Shown here: one piece after another, positions 27,675 to 37,164 of the stretch
Position numbering within the stretch: the first letter of the stretch is position 1
Layout of the letters: the number at the start of each line of letters is the position of its first letter
Assembly: GCA_026413945.1 (NCBI GenBank)
Contig: JAOAJX010000002.1
Span: 85,536 to 149,535, forward strand
DNA: 64,000 nucleotides
Origin: Candidatus Iainarchaeum sp.
GTDB taxonomy: Archaea > Iainarchaeota > Iainarchaeia > Iainarchaeales > DTGL01
Reading direction: 5' to 3'
Position numbers and translations under genes: made by a program
The notes under the pieces: generated by a model
Told to the model about the DNA's origin: nothing
The model's database searches: none
What the model saw: only the letters and a program-made list of their open reading frames with translations

Positions 27675-28676
27675 TCACCCTGCAAGTATTCTTTTTAGCT
27701 TTGTGATGTTCTCATTTTCGCTTGGATCTTTTTTATTATGCAGGGCAAGATAATAGCTTGCAAAGTCTCCAATCATAATACCATAGAAGAGCCTTTCCAC
27801 AATTGTTTTGCCTTTTAGTCCGATATCTAGAACCTTGCTGTTTTTGCTTACAATCTTTCTTGTGAATTCAAAGCGCTTTTTCATCTTATCACTCTCGCAG
27901 TAGTCTCTGAAAAACAAAAAGGCAAGCTGTCTCTCATAATACCTGAAGCCAACAATCTCGTTGTGGTTCATCTCCGGCAGAACATTGCAATGAGAAAAAA
28001 TTCCGGAATTCTCTGCAAGCTGCCCATGAATTCTCCAAACTAGTGAGGAATAACAATCAGAAGCATAGAGCACCGGAATCTTTTTGTAAATGCTCTTAGC
28101 TATCTTTTTGCCAATTTTCTCTGCAGTGTAGGATTCATTAGCTAAGAAATCAATTGCTGCTGGAAGATTCAGTGGAAAGCTTAGAAGCCCAATGCGCTCA
28201 ACCATTGCAAGAATTGGTATTGTCAAATAGCCAAGCATGTTCCTTGGAAGGTTGCCCGCTGGAACTTTAATGCAAAGGGGACACTCTTTAAGCAACTTAC
28301 CGCCTGAACTTATTCCAATTATTTTTGCATTGCGTTCTTTTGCCTTTGAGAAGGCAGCAAGTGTCTCTTCTGTGTTTCCAGAATAGCTGACAAAAAATGC
28401 TAGCGTTTTATCATTTACGAACTCTGGAATGTCATAGCTGTTGCTCACATAAATAGGCAGCTTGCAAACACCCCTTAGAAGATCCCTTGTTATTGCGCCA
28501 CTTATGCCACTGCCCCCCATCCCTTGTATAAAGATGTTTGAGCAATTATCTCTTTGAAAACTCACGGATATTTTGCTTGTAATCTCGAGTGCGTCCCTAC
28601 AATGCTCAGGAAAAGCGCGCATATAGGAAAGCATATTTTCCTTATCATATTTTACGATTAACTTTTTGTAATCCAT
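27675..28676 (-). CDS. Bifunctional phosphoglucose/phosphomannose isomerase
   Basis: GMGGSGI, SYSGNTEET, ISSGG, QLAEN, PEMNHNEIVG, GDFASYYLA. Confidence 0.93.
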   Translation of the reverse strand: MDYKKLIVKYDKENMLSYMRAFPEHCRDALEITSKISVSFQRDNCSNIFIQGMGGSGISGAITRDLLRGVCKLPIYVSNSYDIPEFVNDKTLAFFVSYSGNTEETLAAFSKAKERNAKIIGISSGGKLLKECPLCIKVPAGNLPRNMLGYLTIPILAMVERIGLLSFPLNLPAAIDFLANESYTAEKIGKKIAKSIYKKIPVLYASDCYSSLVWRIHGQLAENSGIFSHCNVLPEMNHNEIVGFRYYERQLAFLFFRDYCESDKMKKRFEFTRKIVSKNSKVLDIGLKGKTIVERLFYGIMIGDFASYYLALHNKKDPSENENITKLKRILAG

Positions 28677-28697
28677 CTAATCACCATCAAGAGCATA

Positions 28698-30599
28698 TTA
28701 AAAATTCTTATCAATCAATTCCATAAGCTCCTTTTTTAAATTAAGGGCAACTTTACTAGAGTCTGCTTTGCCCTTCAATTCTTTCATCACATCGCCCATC
28801 AATGCATTCAAGCAGCGCTCCTTCTTTTCCATTACTAATGCCTTATTTTTCTTTAAAATTTCCTTTATTATTTTTGCAATCTCCTCATCAGAAACCTTTT
28901 GATAAGAAAATTCCCTTATTATTTCTTTGATTTTTTTTGACGGATTTTTTGCCTTTTGCTTGAGGGCTTCAACAGTATTTTCCTTATTTAGACCACTCCT
29001 TTCGGCCTCCAAAACAGCTAGAATATCTTCATCACAGATATTTTCAACATCAAAACCTTCCCTTTCTAAGCGTTTTAGTTCTTCCAGCAATATTACGGCA
29101 CACCTTTTGCCATCAATGCCTTTTTGTATCGCTTCTTCGAAAAGACAGGCGTAGTTGCTTAGCTTCATCTCTTCTGCGAGTTTATTGCTTAAGCCAACCT
29201 TTTTGTAAAGCGTTAGGCGTTCCTCTAAACCTAGTGGCAGCTTTTTTTGCAGCTCTTTAAGGTAAGATTTATGTATTATTATTTTCGGAAGATCTGTCTC
29301 GGGATACATGCGAGCTGCACCTGGCAAAGGCCTTAAATAGTGCGAAGTTCCATCAGGCAATGCCTCTCTTGTCTCTTCAGGAATTGAGTTAAGAGCAGTT
29401 AGGCAGCGCTCAGCGACACTTGCGAAAGCTTCCTTCGCCTTGTTTTCATCGGCCACAACCAACACAAAAGCATCCCTCTCAGAAACATTCAAGTCAGCCT
29501 TTACAGAGTCGACCTCTTCTTCGGTTATGCCATATTTTGGCAACTCATCACTGTGGAAAAGCCCTGAAAGCGCGTGCCTTGCCCTAAGATAATCAGCCAC
29601 TTCAGTACCAAAGCGCCTTCCTGGTTGTACTTCTGTACCAAATATACCAGCAAAGCCACAAACCTTTAAACCAAATACGTGCTTTTTGCTCTTAAGTGCT
29701 TCTGTGATTATCCTGCAATTGCTTTTAACAAAAATGTAATCAAGTTCCTTAAATGATGCTGAAATGTTTTCTGCCCTTACTTTTCTTTCTTTCAGCACAT
29801 CTTTTATGCGCAAAAGCGCTAACTGTCTCTGAACTTCCATTTCTACACATTTGTCAATCATTTCAAGTTCCTGAACACCTTTAAGCTCAACCCTTGCGCC
29901 ATTGGCTATGCTAATATTTATATCTTGCCTTATCGTACCAAGCCCGCGCTTTGCTTTGCATGTCCTCCTTATGAGTTCGCCAATCTTTATGGCACATTCT
30001 TTTACTTCTTTCGGTGTTTGAAGAGCTGGTGCAGTTGCAATCTCAATTAATGGAATGCCGAGCCGGTCAAGAGAATAAATAGTCTTTTCAGAATTCTTTT
30101 GCACAGGCCTTGCTGCATCTTCCTCAAGCACTATTGTTTGAATAGGCACTTTCTTATTTTGAATATAAATTTCGCCGCCAGTAGCAAGCAAGACGGTGCG
30201 TTGGTATCCTGATACATTCGAACCATCAAGAACTATTTTTCGCATCACGCAAGCGGAGTCAAATATATTAGCATTGCACATCAGAGCTATTTGAAGAGCT
30301 ACTGAAAGAGCTTGAGAATCTATGCTAGAAGGAGGTTCTTCATCACATTCTACAAGACAACAGCAATCATTGAAAAAAAGATATTCATAAGTTATTTTCT
30401 TATGTGCTTGCTCCATTGCTGCTCGATCAAACTCACCAAGCTCAGAAGCGCTCAGGCTTAATTTTCTTGTAAATGAGAAGTCTGCACTATTTGACTTGAG
30501 CTTTGATGGACATCTGCAAAAAAGCTTGCCAGTATCAAGCTGTTGGTGCACCTCAAGGCCTGCCTTTAGGCCAATTGCCTTATAATCAATCTCTGACAT
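28698..30599 (-). CDS. gatE: Glutamyl-tRNA(Gln) amidotransferase subunit E
   Basis: DYKAIGLKAGLEVHQQL, RKIVLDGSNVSGYQRT, LDRLGIPLIEI, RGLGTIRQD, RPLPGAARMYPETD; ATG at 30599. Confidence 0.97.
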   Translation of the reverse strand: MSEIDYKAIGLKAGLEVHQQLDTGKLFCRCPSKLKSNSADFSFTRKLSLSASELGEFDRAAMEQAHKKITYEYLFFNDCCCLVECDEEPPSSIDSQALSVALQIALMCNANIFDSACVMRKIVLDGSNVSGYQRTVLLATGGEIYIQNKKVPIQTIVLEEDAARPVQKNSEKTIYSLDRLGIPLIEIATAPALQTPKEVKECAIKIGELIRRTCKAKRGLGTIRQDINISIANGARVELKGVQELEMIDKCVEMEVQRQLALLRIKDVLKERKVRAENISASFKELDYIFVKSNCRIITEALKSKKHVFGLKVCGFAGIFGTEVQPGRRFGTEVADYLRARHALSGLFHSDELPKYGITEEEVDSVKADLNVSERDAFVLVVADENKAKEAFASVAERCLTALNSIPEETREALPDGTSHYLRPLPGAARMYPETDLPKIIIHKSYLKELQKKLPLGLEERLTLYKKVGLSNKLAEEMKLSNYACLFEEAIQKGIDGKRCAVILLEELKRLEREGFDVENICDEDILAVLEAERSGLNKENTVEALKQKAKNPSKKIKEIIREFSYQKVSDEEIAKIIKEILKKNKALVMEKKERCLNALMGDVMKELKGKADSSKVALNLKKELMELIDKNF

Positions 30600-30648
30600 G
30601 TGTTCTCTAAACTTAAGCCAAAAAAGGTTTATTTTGTTATCGCTTAAC

Positions 30649-31089
30649 TCAAGCAATTTTTTCCCAAGGCTCAATGCCACCATGGACAATTTTGAACACT
30701 GGGTTTGGCTCTATTTTGCGCACCAAAAGGCATTTTTCATAGGCACTTTTATCACGAACCAACAGCTTATTCTTCAAGTGCTTGAATTCGTATTCGATCT
30801 GCCCTTTCTTAACAGGAATTATACTGCGCATTTCCATAGCTGTTATTTTATCCTTCCTAAACCTATAGTCTCTTTTTTTAGCTTCCTCAAAAACATAAGT
30901 TAAGTAAGAATTTATAGCATCTAATGGGCGCCTATATCTGAGAAACCTGAAAAGTTGAGGGTGGTTTTTGTAACCATTAGTTTTGCCCAACAGCACCTTC
31001 TTTGCAAGAAGGCCTTCGCGCCATAATGCAACCAAGCCTTTTGAATCTAGATACTTTGGACTTATACTCCACAAACGCATTTTGTTCAC
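30649..31089 (-). CDS. Pyrimidine dimer DNA glycosylase/endonuclease V family protein
   Basis: MRLWSISPKYLDSKGLVALWREGLLAKKVL..GYKNHPQL. Confidence 0.88.
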   Translation of the reverse strand: MNKMRLWSISPKYLDSKGLVALWREGLLAKKVLLGKTNGYKNHPQLFRFLRYRRPLDAINSYLTYVFEEAKKRDYRFRKDKITAMEMRSIIPVKKGQIEYEFKHLKNKLLVRDKSAYEKCLLVRKIEPNPVFKIVHGGIEPWEKIA

Positions 31090-31134
31090 CAGAATAACAA
31101 CAATATTTAAAAAGAAAATATTATTATTTAGGTT

Positions 31135-31722
31135 ATGCTTGATATAATAAGCATTCCATTAATATTACAAATATTTGTGCTTATAAACCCACTTTCATCT
31201 TTGCCTGTGCTTGTTGCAGCTTATTCAAAACAGATGAAGGTAAAAGACATAGCATTAAGGGCAACCATGATAGCATTTGCATTAGCAGTGACAATAATAT
31301 TGATTGGCCCATTTCTGTTTGATATTTTCAATGTAAGTGTGCCATCATTCAGGGTTGCTGGTGGAATAATACTGCTTATGCTTGGCATAAGCACAGCCAG
31401 AAAAAGTGATGACATGAAATCAAGTCCAGACACTGCGGAAGCGCTTAGTTCGCTGATAGCAACACCATTGCTTACAGGCCCTGCAACCATTTCTTTCCTG
31501 ACAATAAAAACATATGAGCTTGGAATACTGACAATATTGCCAAACACAGTGGTAGCGTTCATACTTGTAGGCGCTGTTTTTACAATATTTGCAGCACTAA
31601 TACCGAGAATAAACACAAAAATTGTTGGTATCGCATCTAGGATTCTTGGTTTATTTCTAACAGCAGTTGCAATAGAGATGATAAGCGCTGGAGTTAAAGG
31701 GCTTTTTGGATTGGCTTCATAA
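31135..31722 (+). CDS. MarC family membrane protein
   Basis: LINPLSSLP, FRVAGGIILL, ATPLLTGPATI, RILGLFLTAVAIEM. Confidence 0.92.
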   Translation: MLDIISIPLILQIFVLINPLSSLPVLVAAYSKQMKVKDIALRATMIAFALAVTIILIGPFLFDIFNVSVPSFRVAGGIILLMLGISTARKSDDMKSSPDTAEALSSLIATPLLTGPATISFLTIKTYELGILTILPNTVVAFILVGAVFTIFAALIPRINTKIVGIASRILGLFLTAVAIEMISAGVKGLFGLAS

Positions 31723-32676
31723 ATAAGGTTTTATCAACTCTTCCAATGTCTTGTATTTTTTTCCTTTAAGTTTAAGCTTTTTTGCCATAAAAATGCCGAA
31801 ATTCTTTGGCTTGAAGACGCCTTGTTCACAGATTATTGCCTTCACAAGTTCTGCTTCAGTTATATCAAAGGCAGGGTTTCTTATTTGCAAGTTAACCGGT
31901 TTTTCGGGCCAGACTTCATTGTAACCACGCTCTTCAATCTCTATTTTTTTGCCATAGTATGTGGCAGGATCAAAACATTGTGAAACTGTAGCAACGTAGT
32001 GCGGCACTTTTTTTCTCTTTGCTGCAAGCGATATCATTGAGGTGCCAATCTTGTTCACAATTGAGCCATTATAAAAAACAGCATCACATCCAGTCAAAAA
32101 GGCATCTGCTTCGCCAATAAAAGCCCTTGCTGCAGAGTCAACAATCATTGTGCAATTTATTCCTGCCTCTAAAAGTTTGGCTGCGGTTATCCTGCCTTGA
32201 AACAAAGGCCTTGTTTCAGTACAAAGCACACGCTTTAGGTGGCCCTTATCATGTAGTGTTTTAAGTATTCTTTCAACTGTGCTTGAGTGGCAATGTGTGA
32301 AAATGGTTTCACACTTTTTTAATTCTCGCTCAGCATTTTTACAGATCTTTTGCATTGATTTTTCACGATTTTGCTCATGAGCCTCGCAAGCTATTACAAT
32401 TTCATTCTTCATTTTCTCTACAGGTATCTCTTGCTCAGCTATTTTCCAAATTTCAACAAGAGCATTTCTTGTCTCTGGCTCAGTCGGCCTTGCTTCTGCA
32501 AGTAAAATTATGTTTCTGCCGAGTTCAGCCCTAAATCTTTTCAAGCTTGTGACCTTGCTTTGCAGAACACTTTCTTTTATCGCAAAGATCACGGCTTTAC
32601 GCACATTGCTCGAGCCTTGTATTTCAAGAGATTTTATCTTGCGCACGGTTTCAAGAACGATTTTGTTGAAGACCAT
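31717..32676 (-). CDS. eIF-2B-like isomerase, probable ribose-1,5-bisphosphate isomerase
   Basis: RPTEP, THCHS, ETRPLFQG, IVDSA, GCDAV, NKIGT, NPAFDIT. Confidence 0.85.
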   Translation of the reverse strand: MVFNKIVLETVRKIKSLEIQGSSNVRKAVIFAIKESVLQSKVTSLKRFRAELGRNIILLAEARPTEPETRNALVEIWKIAEQEIPVEKMKNEIVIACEAHEQNREKSMQKICKNAERELKKCETIFTHCHSSTVERILKTLHDKGHLKRVLCTETRPLFQGRITAAKLLEAGINCTMIVDSAARAFIGEADAFLTGCDAVFYNGSIVNKIGTSMISLAAKRKKVPHYVATVSQCFDPATYYGKKIEIEERGYNEVWPEKPVNLQIRNPAFDITEAELVKAIICEQGVFKPKNFGIFMAKKLKLKGKKYKTLEELIKPYL

Positions 32677-32883
32677 AAAGAATCACTAGTTCGGCTTTTT
32701 TAAAATATTTTCGGTCAGATTCAATAAGATTGTTTGCAAATGTATTTTAATCTTTTTCAGGGAAAGTTATTTTAGAGGCAAAAAAATAATTTGGCTTTGG
32801 CAGAATGCAAACAAAAAGGTTTTAAAGGGTTTCAGAGGAAAAATTCGTTTAATATAATTTTTTAACCTAAAAGGGGGATTTTT

Positions 32884-34011
32884 GTGGAATCGGTCATAAG
32901 GAAAGCAATTAAAAGAGCACAATTAGATGAAGATGCTCCAAAGAAGCCGAAGAAGCTTGATTTTATAGAAGAAGAAGAGCTGCAAAAGATACTAGAGAGC
33001 TCTAGGGCTAAAATAAAAGTATTTGGAGTTGGCGGTGGTGGAAGCAACACTGTGGAAAGAATGCATGAGGTTGGCATTGTTGGAGCTGAAACCTACGCAA
33101 TTAACACAGATGCTCAAGACCTTATAAACACTGTTGCTGACAAGCGCATACTCATTGGCAAAGAAACAACAAGAGGCCTTGGTTCTGGATCAGAGCCACA
33201 GGTTGGTGAAGCCTCGGCAAGAGAAAGCGTAGATGAGCTTGCCGAAGTGCTCAAAGGCACTGATTTATTGTTTGTGACTTGTGGCCTCGGCGGTGGCACT
33301 GGCACTGGCGCAAGCCCCGTAGTTGCTGAAATAGCAAAAGAGGTTGGTGCTCTTACAGTTGCAGTTGTTACATTACCATTCACTGTTGAGGGCAAACGCA
33401 GAGCTGAAAATGCCATGGAGGGACTTGCAAAGCTGAGAGAGCATGCTGATACAATAATAGTAATTCCCAATGATAAAATACTTGAGATTGCACCTGATCT
33501 ACCGTTAAATTCGGCTTTTAAGGTTGCTGATGAAGTATTAACAAATGCAGTAAAAGGAATAACTGAAATGGTGACAAAACCCGGGCTAATAAACCTTGAC
33601 TTTGCTGACCTGCGCACGATACTGAAGAAAGGTGGTGCTGCCATGATTGGACTTGGAGAATCGCATAGTGAAGAAGCCAGCGATGCCCGTGCCCTAGAAG
33701 CTGTAGAAAACGCATTGAACTCACCACTATTAGATGTTGACATAAGCCAATCAAAAAGAGCTTTGGTAAACGTTGTTGGCGGCAGCGACATGACATTACG
33801 TGAAGCTGAGATGGTTGTTGAAACGGTAAGTTTAAGAATTGATTCTAACGCACATATAATCTGGGGTGCCATGGTTGATAAGGAACTTTCCAAGAACAGG
33901 ATACAGGCCATGGTTGTGATAGCTGGAGGTAGATTCCCATACTTAGATGACTTTGAAAAAGGTACCAAAGATAAAGGTGCCATTGATTTGGGAATAGATT
34001 TCACAGGGTGA
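32884..34011 (+). CDS. ftsZ: Cell division protein FtsZ (FtsZ1 type)
   Basis: GVGGGGSN, NTDAQDL, GLGGGTGTG, LPFTVEG, INLDFAD. Confidence 0.98.
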   Translation: MESVIRKAIKRAQLDEDAPKKPKKLDFIEEEELQKILESSRAKIKVFGVGGGGSNTVERMHEVGIVGAETYAINTDAQDLINTVADKRILIGKETTRGLGSGSEPQVGEASARESVDELAEVLKGTDLLFVTCGLGGGTGTGASPVVAEIAKEVGALTVAVVTLPFTVEGKRRAENAMEGLAKLREHADTIIVIPNDKILEIAPDLPLNSAFKVADEVLTNAVKGITEMVTKPGLINLDFADLRTILKKGGAAMIGLGESHSEEASDARALEAVENALNSPLLDVDISQSKRALVNVVGGSDMTLREAEMVVETVSLRIDSNAHIIWGAMVDKELSKNRIQAMVVIAGGRFPYLDDFEKGTKDKGAIDLGIDFTG

Positions 34012-34196
34012 GCTCTTTGGGGATACGTGATTTTATAGAATCATCCAGAAGAGTTTTTACAATATCAAAAAAGCCTGATCTTGAAGAATATCTTCAGATG
34101 CTCAAAATTACTGCCTTGGGCGTTATAGTCCTTGGCCTTATCGGCTTTGTTGTTGCAATTTTGTTTGCGTACTTTGGGCCGACAGCAATCAGATAA
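34008..34196 (+). CDS. secE: Protein translocase subunit SecE/Sec61 gamma
   Basis: RRVFTISKKPDLEEY...GLIGF; conserved position between ftsZ and spt5. Confidence 0.93.
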   Translation: MSSLGIRDFIESSRRVFTISKKPDLEEYLQMLKITALGVIVLGLIGFVVAILFAYFGPTAIR

Positions 34197-34297
34197 TTCA
34201 GCGTTGTTCTTGTCTGAGCAAAAATCAAAGGGAAAGTATTTTAACACTTTTTTAAAAAAGTATATATGCTTTTAATTATAGTAAAAATGGTGAAAAA

Positions 34298-34735
34298 ATG
34301 ATTTTCACGGTGAGGGTTACAGCTGGCCAAGAAAGCTTAGTTGCGGATATGCTAAAGAAAAAGCTCGAGGTTGAAAATCCGGGCGTTACTGCAATACTCG
34401 TAGTGCCTGACTTTAAGGGATACATACTTGTGGAAGGAGAGACAGAAGAATCGGTAAAAAGAGCTATAATAGATGTTCCACATATAAAAACAAAAGGCCT
34501 TGTTGTTGGCGAAGTTAAGATTTCAGAGCTAAGCTCACTGCTTGAAGCACACCCACTTATGGAAGCAATTACTGAAGGTGCAAAAGTAAGGATTGTAACA
34601 GGCACATTTAAAGGCGAGATAGGCAGAGTTATTAGGGTAAACAATGCTAAAGAGGAAGTCACAATTGAGTTGGTAAATGCAGCAGTAAGAGTGCCTGTAA
34701 CAATAAAGGCTGAAAACATAAGGCTTGAAAGGTGA
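34298..34735 (+). CDS. spt5: Transcription elongation factor Spt5
   Basis: NGN (VTAGQE, KGYILVE) and KOW (GTFKGEIGRV) domains. Confidence 0.95.
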   Translation: MIFTVRVTAGQESLVADMLKKKLEVENPGVTAILVVPDFKGYILVEGETEESVKRAIIDVPHIKTKGLVVGEVKISELSSLLEAHPLMEAITEGAKVRIVTGTFKGEIGRVIRVNNAKEEVTIELVNAAVRVPVTIKAENIRLER

Positions 34736-34741
34736 GTTTTT

Positions 34742-35230
34742 ATGCCGGAAATTAAAGCATTGGTTGAAGGCGGAAAAGCAAGTGCTGCGCCGCCTTTGGG
34801 ACCTGCTTTAGGGCCTTTAGGTGTGAACATAGGAGAAGTCATTGCAAAAATAAATGAGCATACAAAAGAGTTTGCTGGAATGCAGGTGCCTGTTAAGGTT
34901 ATTGTTGATTCGCACACAAAGAAATTTGAGATCGAGGTTGGTTCACCCCCAACAACCGAGCTCATAAAGAAAATAACTGGGGCAAAGGGCTCTGCAAACC
35001 CAAAGGCGCAAAAAAGCGGAGATATCACAATAAGCCAAGCAATCGATATAGCAAGAAAGAAAACTAAAAAAATGAATTTCAAGTACTTAAAAAGCATGTT
35101 GCTGCAAGTAGCCGGAAGCTGCAATGCGATGGGTGTGTATATTGAGGGCATGACCGGAGCCCAGATAACCAAAGAAATAAAAGAAGGAAAATATGATGCA
35201 CTTATAGAGGATAGCCTAAAGAAAAAATAG
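34742..35230 (+). CDS. rpl11: 50S ribosomal protein L11
   Basis: GGKASAAPPLGPALGPLG, GMQVPVKV, PPTTELI. Confidence 0.97.
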   Translation: MPEIKALVEGGKASAAPPLGPALGPLGVNIGEVIAKINEHTKEFAGMQVPVKVIVDSHTKKFEIEVGSPPTTELIKKITGAKGSANPKAQKSGDITISQAIDIARKKTKKMNFKYLKSMLLQVAGSCNAMGVYIEGMTGAQITKEIKEGKYDALIEDSLKKK

Positions 35231-35323
35231 CTAAGCGCAAAATATATAAACATTTCACAAGATAATGGTTGTATCGGCTTTTAGGCCGTTAATACTGCTT
35301 TATGCAGGAGGTCAATGGTTTAA

Positions 35324-35965
35324 ATGGAAAAGAAGGACATCATTAGTGCCCTTGAGCAAGCAAGTGGCAAAAAAAGAAATTTTAAACAAAAAATAGAGCT
35401 TATCATAAACTTCAAAAATTTGGATGTGAAAAAGCAGGAAAATCTTATTGACATAAAAGTTGTGTTGCCTCACTCAACTGGCAGAGGAAAAGCAAGGGCA
35501 CTTTTATTTGCAAAAACAGCTTCTTTTATAGAAAGTGTAAAAGACATGTTTGAGCGCGTGATATATGAGAATCAGATCGAGAGCCTTTCAAAAAAAGACG
35601 CTCAAGAAATAGCGCAATATGATATTTTGCTTGCAGAGGGGCCAGTAATGCTAACTGTTGCAAAGCATTTGGGCCAAACACTAGCACCAATTGGCAAGAT
35701 GCCAAAACCGGTTAATCCAGAAAAAAGTGCGGTTGAAAACGCGCTTGCTGGTGCAGAATCTGCAATAAGAGTCACTAATAAAAAAGGCAAAGGCATTCCT
35801 CTCGTACAAGTAGTTATCGGTGATGAGTCAATGGACCCAGAAAAGATCGCAGAAAATGCTATTGAAGTTTACAAAGATGTATTAAATGCATTGCCTGGAC
35901 AAAAGCACAACATAAAGTCAGTTTATATAAAGAAGACGATGAGCCCTGCTGTAAAAATAATTTAG
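35324..35965 (+). CDS. rpl1: 50S ribosomal protein L1
   Basis: KRNFKQKIELIINFK, LPH, LAPIGKMPKP, KKTMSP. Confidence 0.95.
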   Translation: MEKKDIISALEQASGKKRNFKQKIELIINFKNLDVKKQENLIDIKVVLPHSTGRGKARALLFAKTASFIESVKDMFERVIYENQIESLSKKDAQEIAQYDILLAEGPVMLTVAKHLGQTLAPIGKMPKPVNPEKSAVENALAGAESAIRVTNKKGKGIPLVQVVIGDESMDPEKIAENAIEVYKDVLNALPGQKHNIKSVYIKKTMSPAVKII

Positions 35966-35973
35966 GTGAAAAT

Positions 35974-36819
35974 TTGACAAGGCATACAAGAAAATGGAAA
36001 GAAGCCCAACTTGAAGGGCTTAAAAAGTTGATAAATAGTCACAAAGTAATAGCCATAGCAATGGCCGAAAATATGCCTGCAAGAATGCTGCATGAGCTAA
36101 GGGCAAAGCTTGCTGATAAGGCCCAGATAAGGTTTTCAAAGGTGAGGGTTATAAAGAAAGCGCTTTCTGAAAGCAAATTCAGCGGCTTTCCTTTGGATGA
36201 TCATTTAAAAGGTCAGATCGCGATAATTGCATCAAACATAGATCCTTTTGAGCTTTATTCTCTAGTCAAGAAAAACAAGATAAGAACATACTTAAAAGTC
36301 GGCGAGATTGCGGACAATGATATTGTTGTGCCCAGTGGTGATACAAACCTCCCGCCAGGGCCGGACCTATCAATGCTCAAAGCAGCAAACCTGCCTGTTG
36401 CAATGCAGGGTTCTTCAATAAAAATTTTGAAAGACACTGTTGTTCTGAAAAGAGGTCAAGAAGCAACTCAAGAAGTTGTAAACGCCTTGATGAAGCTTGA
36501 TATAAAGCCACATGAGATAATGCTTAGGATTTCAATTGCATGTGATGGTAAAACAATTTATACTGCAGAAGCTTTAGATATAGATCTTGAAAAGTTTTTG
36601 CAGGATCTGCAAACTTGCTATAGCAACGCTTTTGCGCTTGCTTATAGCATATGCTATGTAACGCCGCAGAACATAGGATTGCTGATACAAAAAGCATATA
36701 GAGAGGCGCTAAGTGTTGCAAGGGAAGGCAAAATAATAACCAAGGAAACACTACCTGAAATGCTTGCGAAAGCACACATTGGTGCCCAGAAAGTTAAAGC
36801 GTTGGCTAAGCTTGATTAA
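35974..36819 (+). CDS. rpl10: 50S ribosomal protein L10/P0 (short, no acidic tail)
   Basis: WK..., DIVVPSGDTNLPPGP, LMKLDIKP; position in the L1-L10-L12 operon. Confidence 0.93.
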   Translation: MTRHTRKWKEAQLEGLKKLINSHKVIAIAMAENMPARMLHELRAKLADKAQIRFSKVRVIKKALSESKFSGFPLDDHLKGQIAIIASNIDPFELYSLVKKNKIRTYLKVGEIADNDIVVPSGDTNLPPGPDLSMLKAANLPVAMQGSSIKILKDTVVLKRGQEATQEVVNALMKLDIKPHEIMLRISIACDGKTIYTAEALDIDLEKFLQDLQTCYSNAFALAYSICYVTPQNIGLLIQKAYREALSVAREGKIITKETLPEMLAKAHIGAQKVKALAKLD

Positions 36820-36846
36820 ATTTATGCTCATAAAAAAACTAGTGAG

Positions 36847-37164
36847 GTGAAAAAAGTGGAGTATATATATGCAGCATTGCTTCTGCATTCTGCAGGAAAA
36901 GAAATAACAGAAGATGCAGTTATGAGTGTGTTGAAATCAGCGGGTGTTGCAGCTGATGCGGCAAGAGTTAAAGCACTCATAGCTTCTCTTAAAGAAGTCA
37001 ACATTGACGAAGCTATAAAGAGTGCTGCCTTGATGCAAGCAGCGCCTATGCAGACAGCTCAAGCTGCTGGCCACGCGGCCACAAAGAAAGAAGAGAAAGC
37101 AGTAGAAGAAGAAAAAAAGACAGAGGAAGAGGCTGTTAGCGGATTGAGCTCTTTGTTTGGCTAA
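36847..37164 (+). CDS. rpl12: 50S ribosomal protein L12/P1
   Basis: [16 protein letters not shown]...[13 protein letters not shown]; start may be the GTG at 36856. Confidence 0.96.
   Translation: MKKVEYIYAALLLHSAGKEITEDAVMSVLKSAGVAADAARVKALIASLKEVNIDEAIKSAALMQAAPMQTAQAAGHAATKKEEKAVEEEKKTEEEAVSGLSSLFG

Noticed and set aside
30600-30689. 30-aa N-terminal extension of GatE in the ORF track
   Set aside because: It overlaps the neighbouring glycosylase gene; GatE homology starts at MSEIDY (ATG 30599).
33114-35253. Long antisense ORFs (296 aa at 33114-34004 and 325 aa at 34276-35253)
   Set aside because: They shadow ftsZ, spt5 and rpl11 on the opposite strand, with Ser/Phe/Thr-rich composition and no motifs; typical antisense artefacts.
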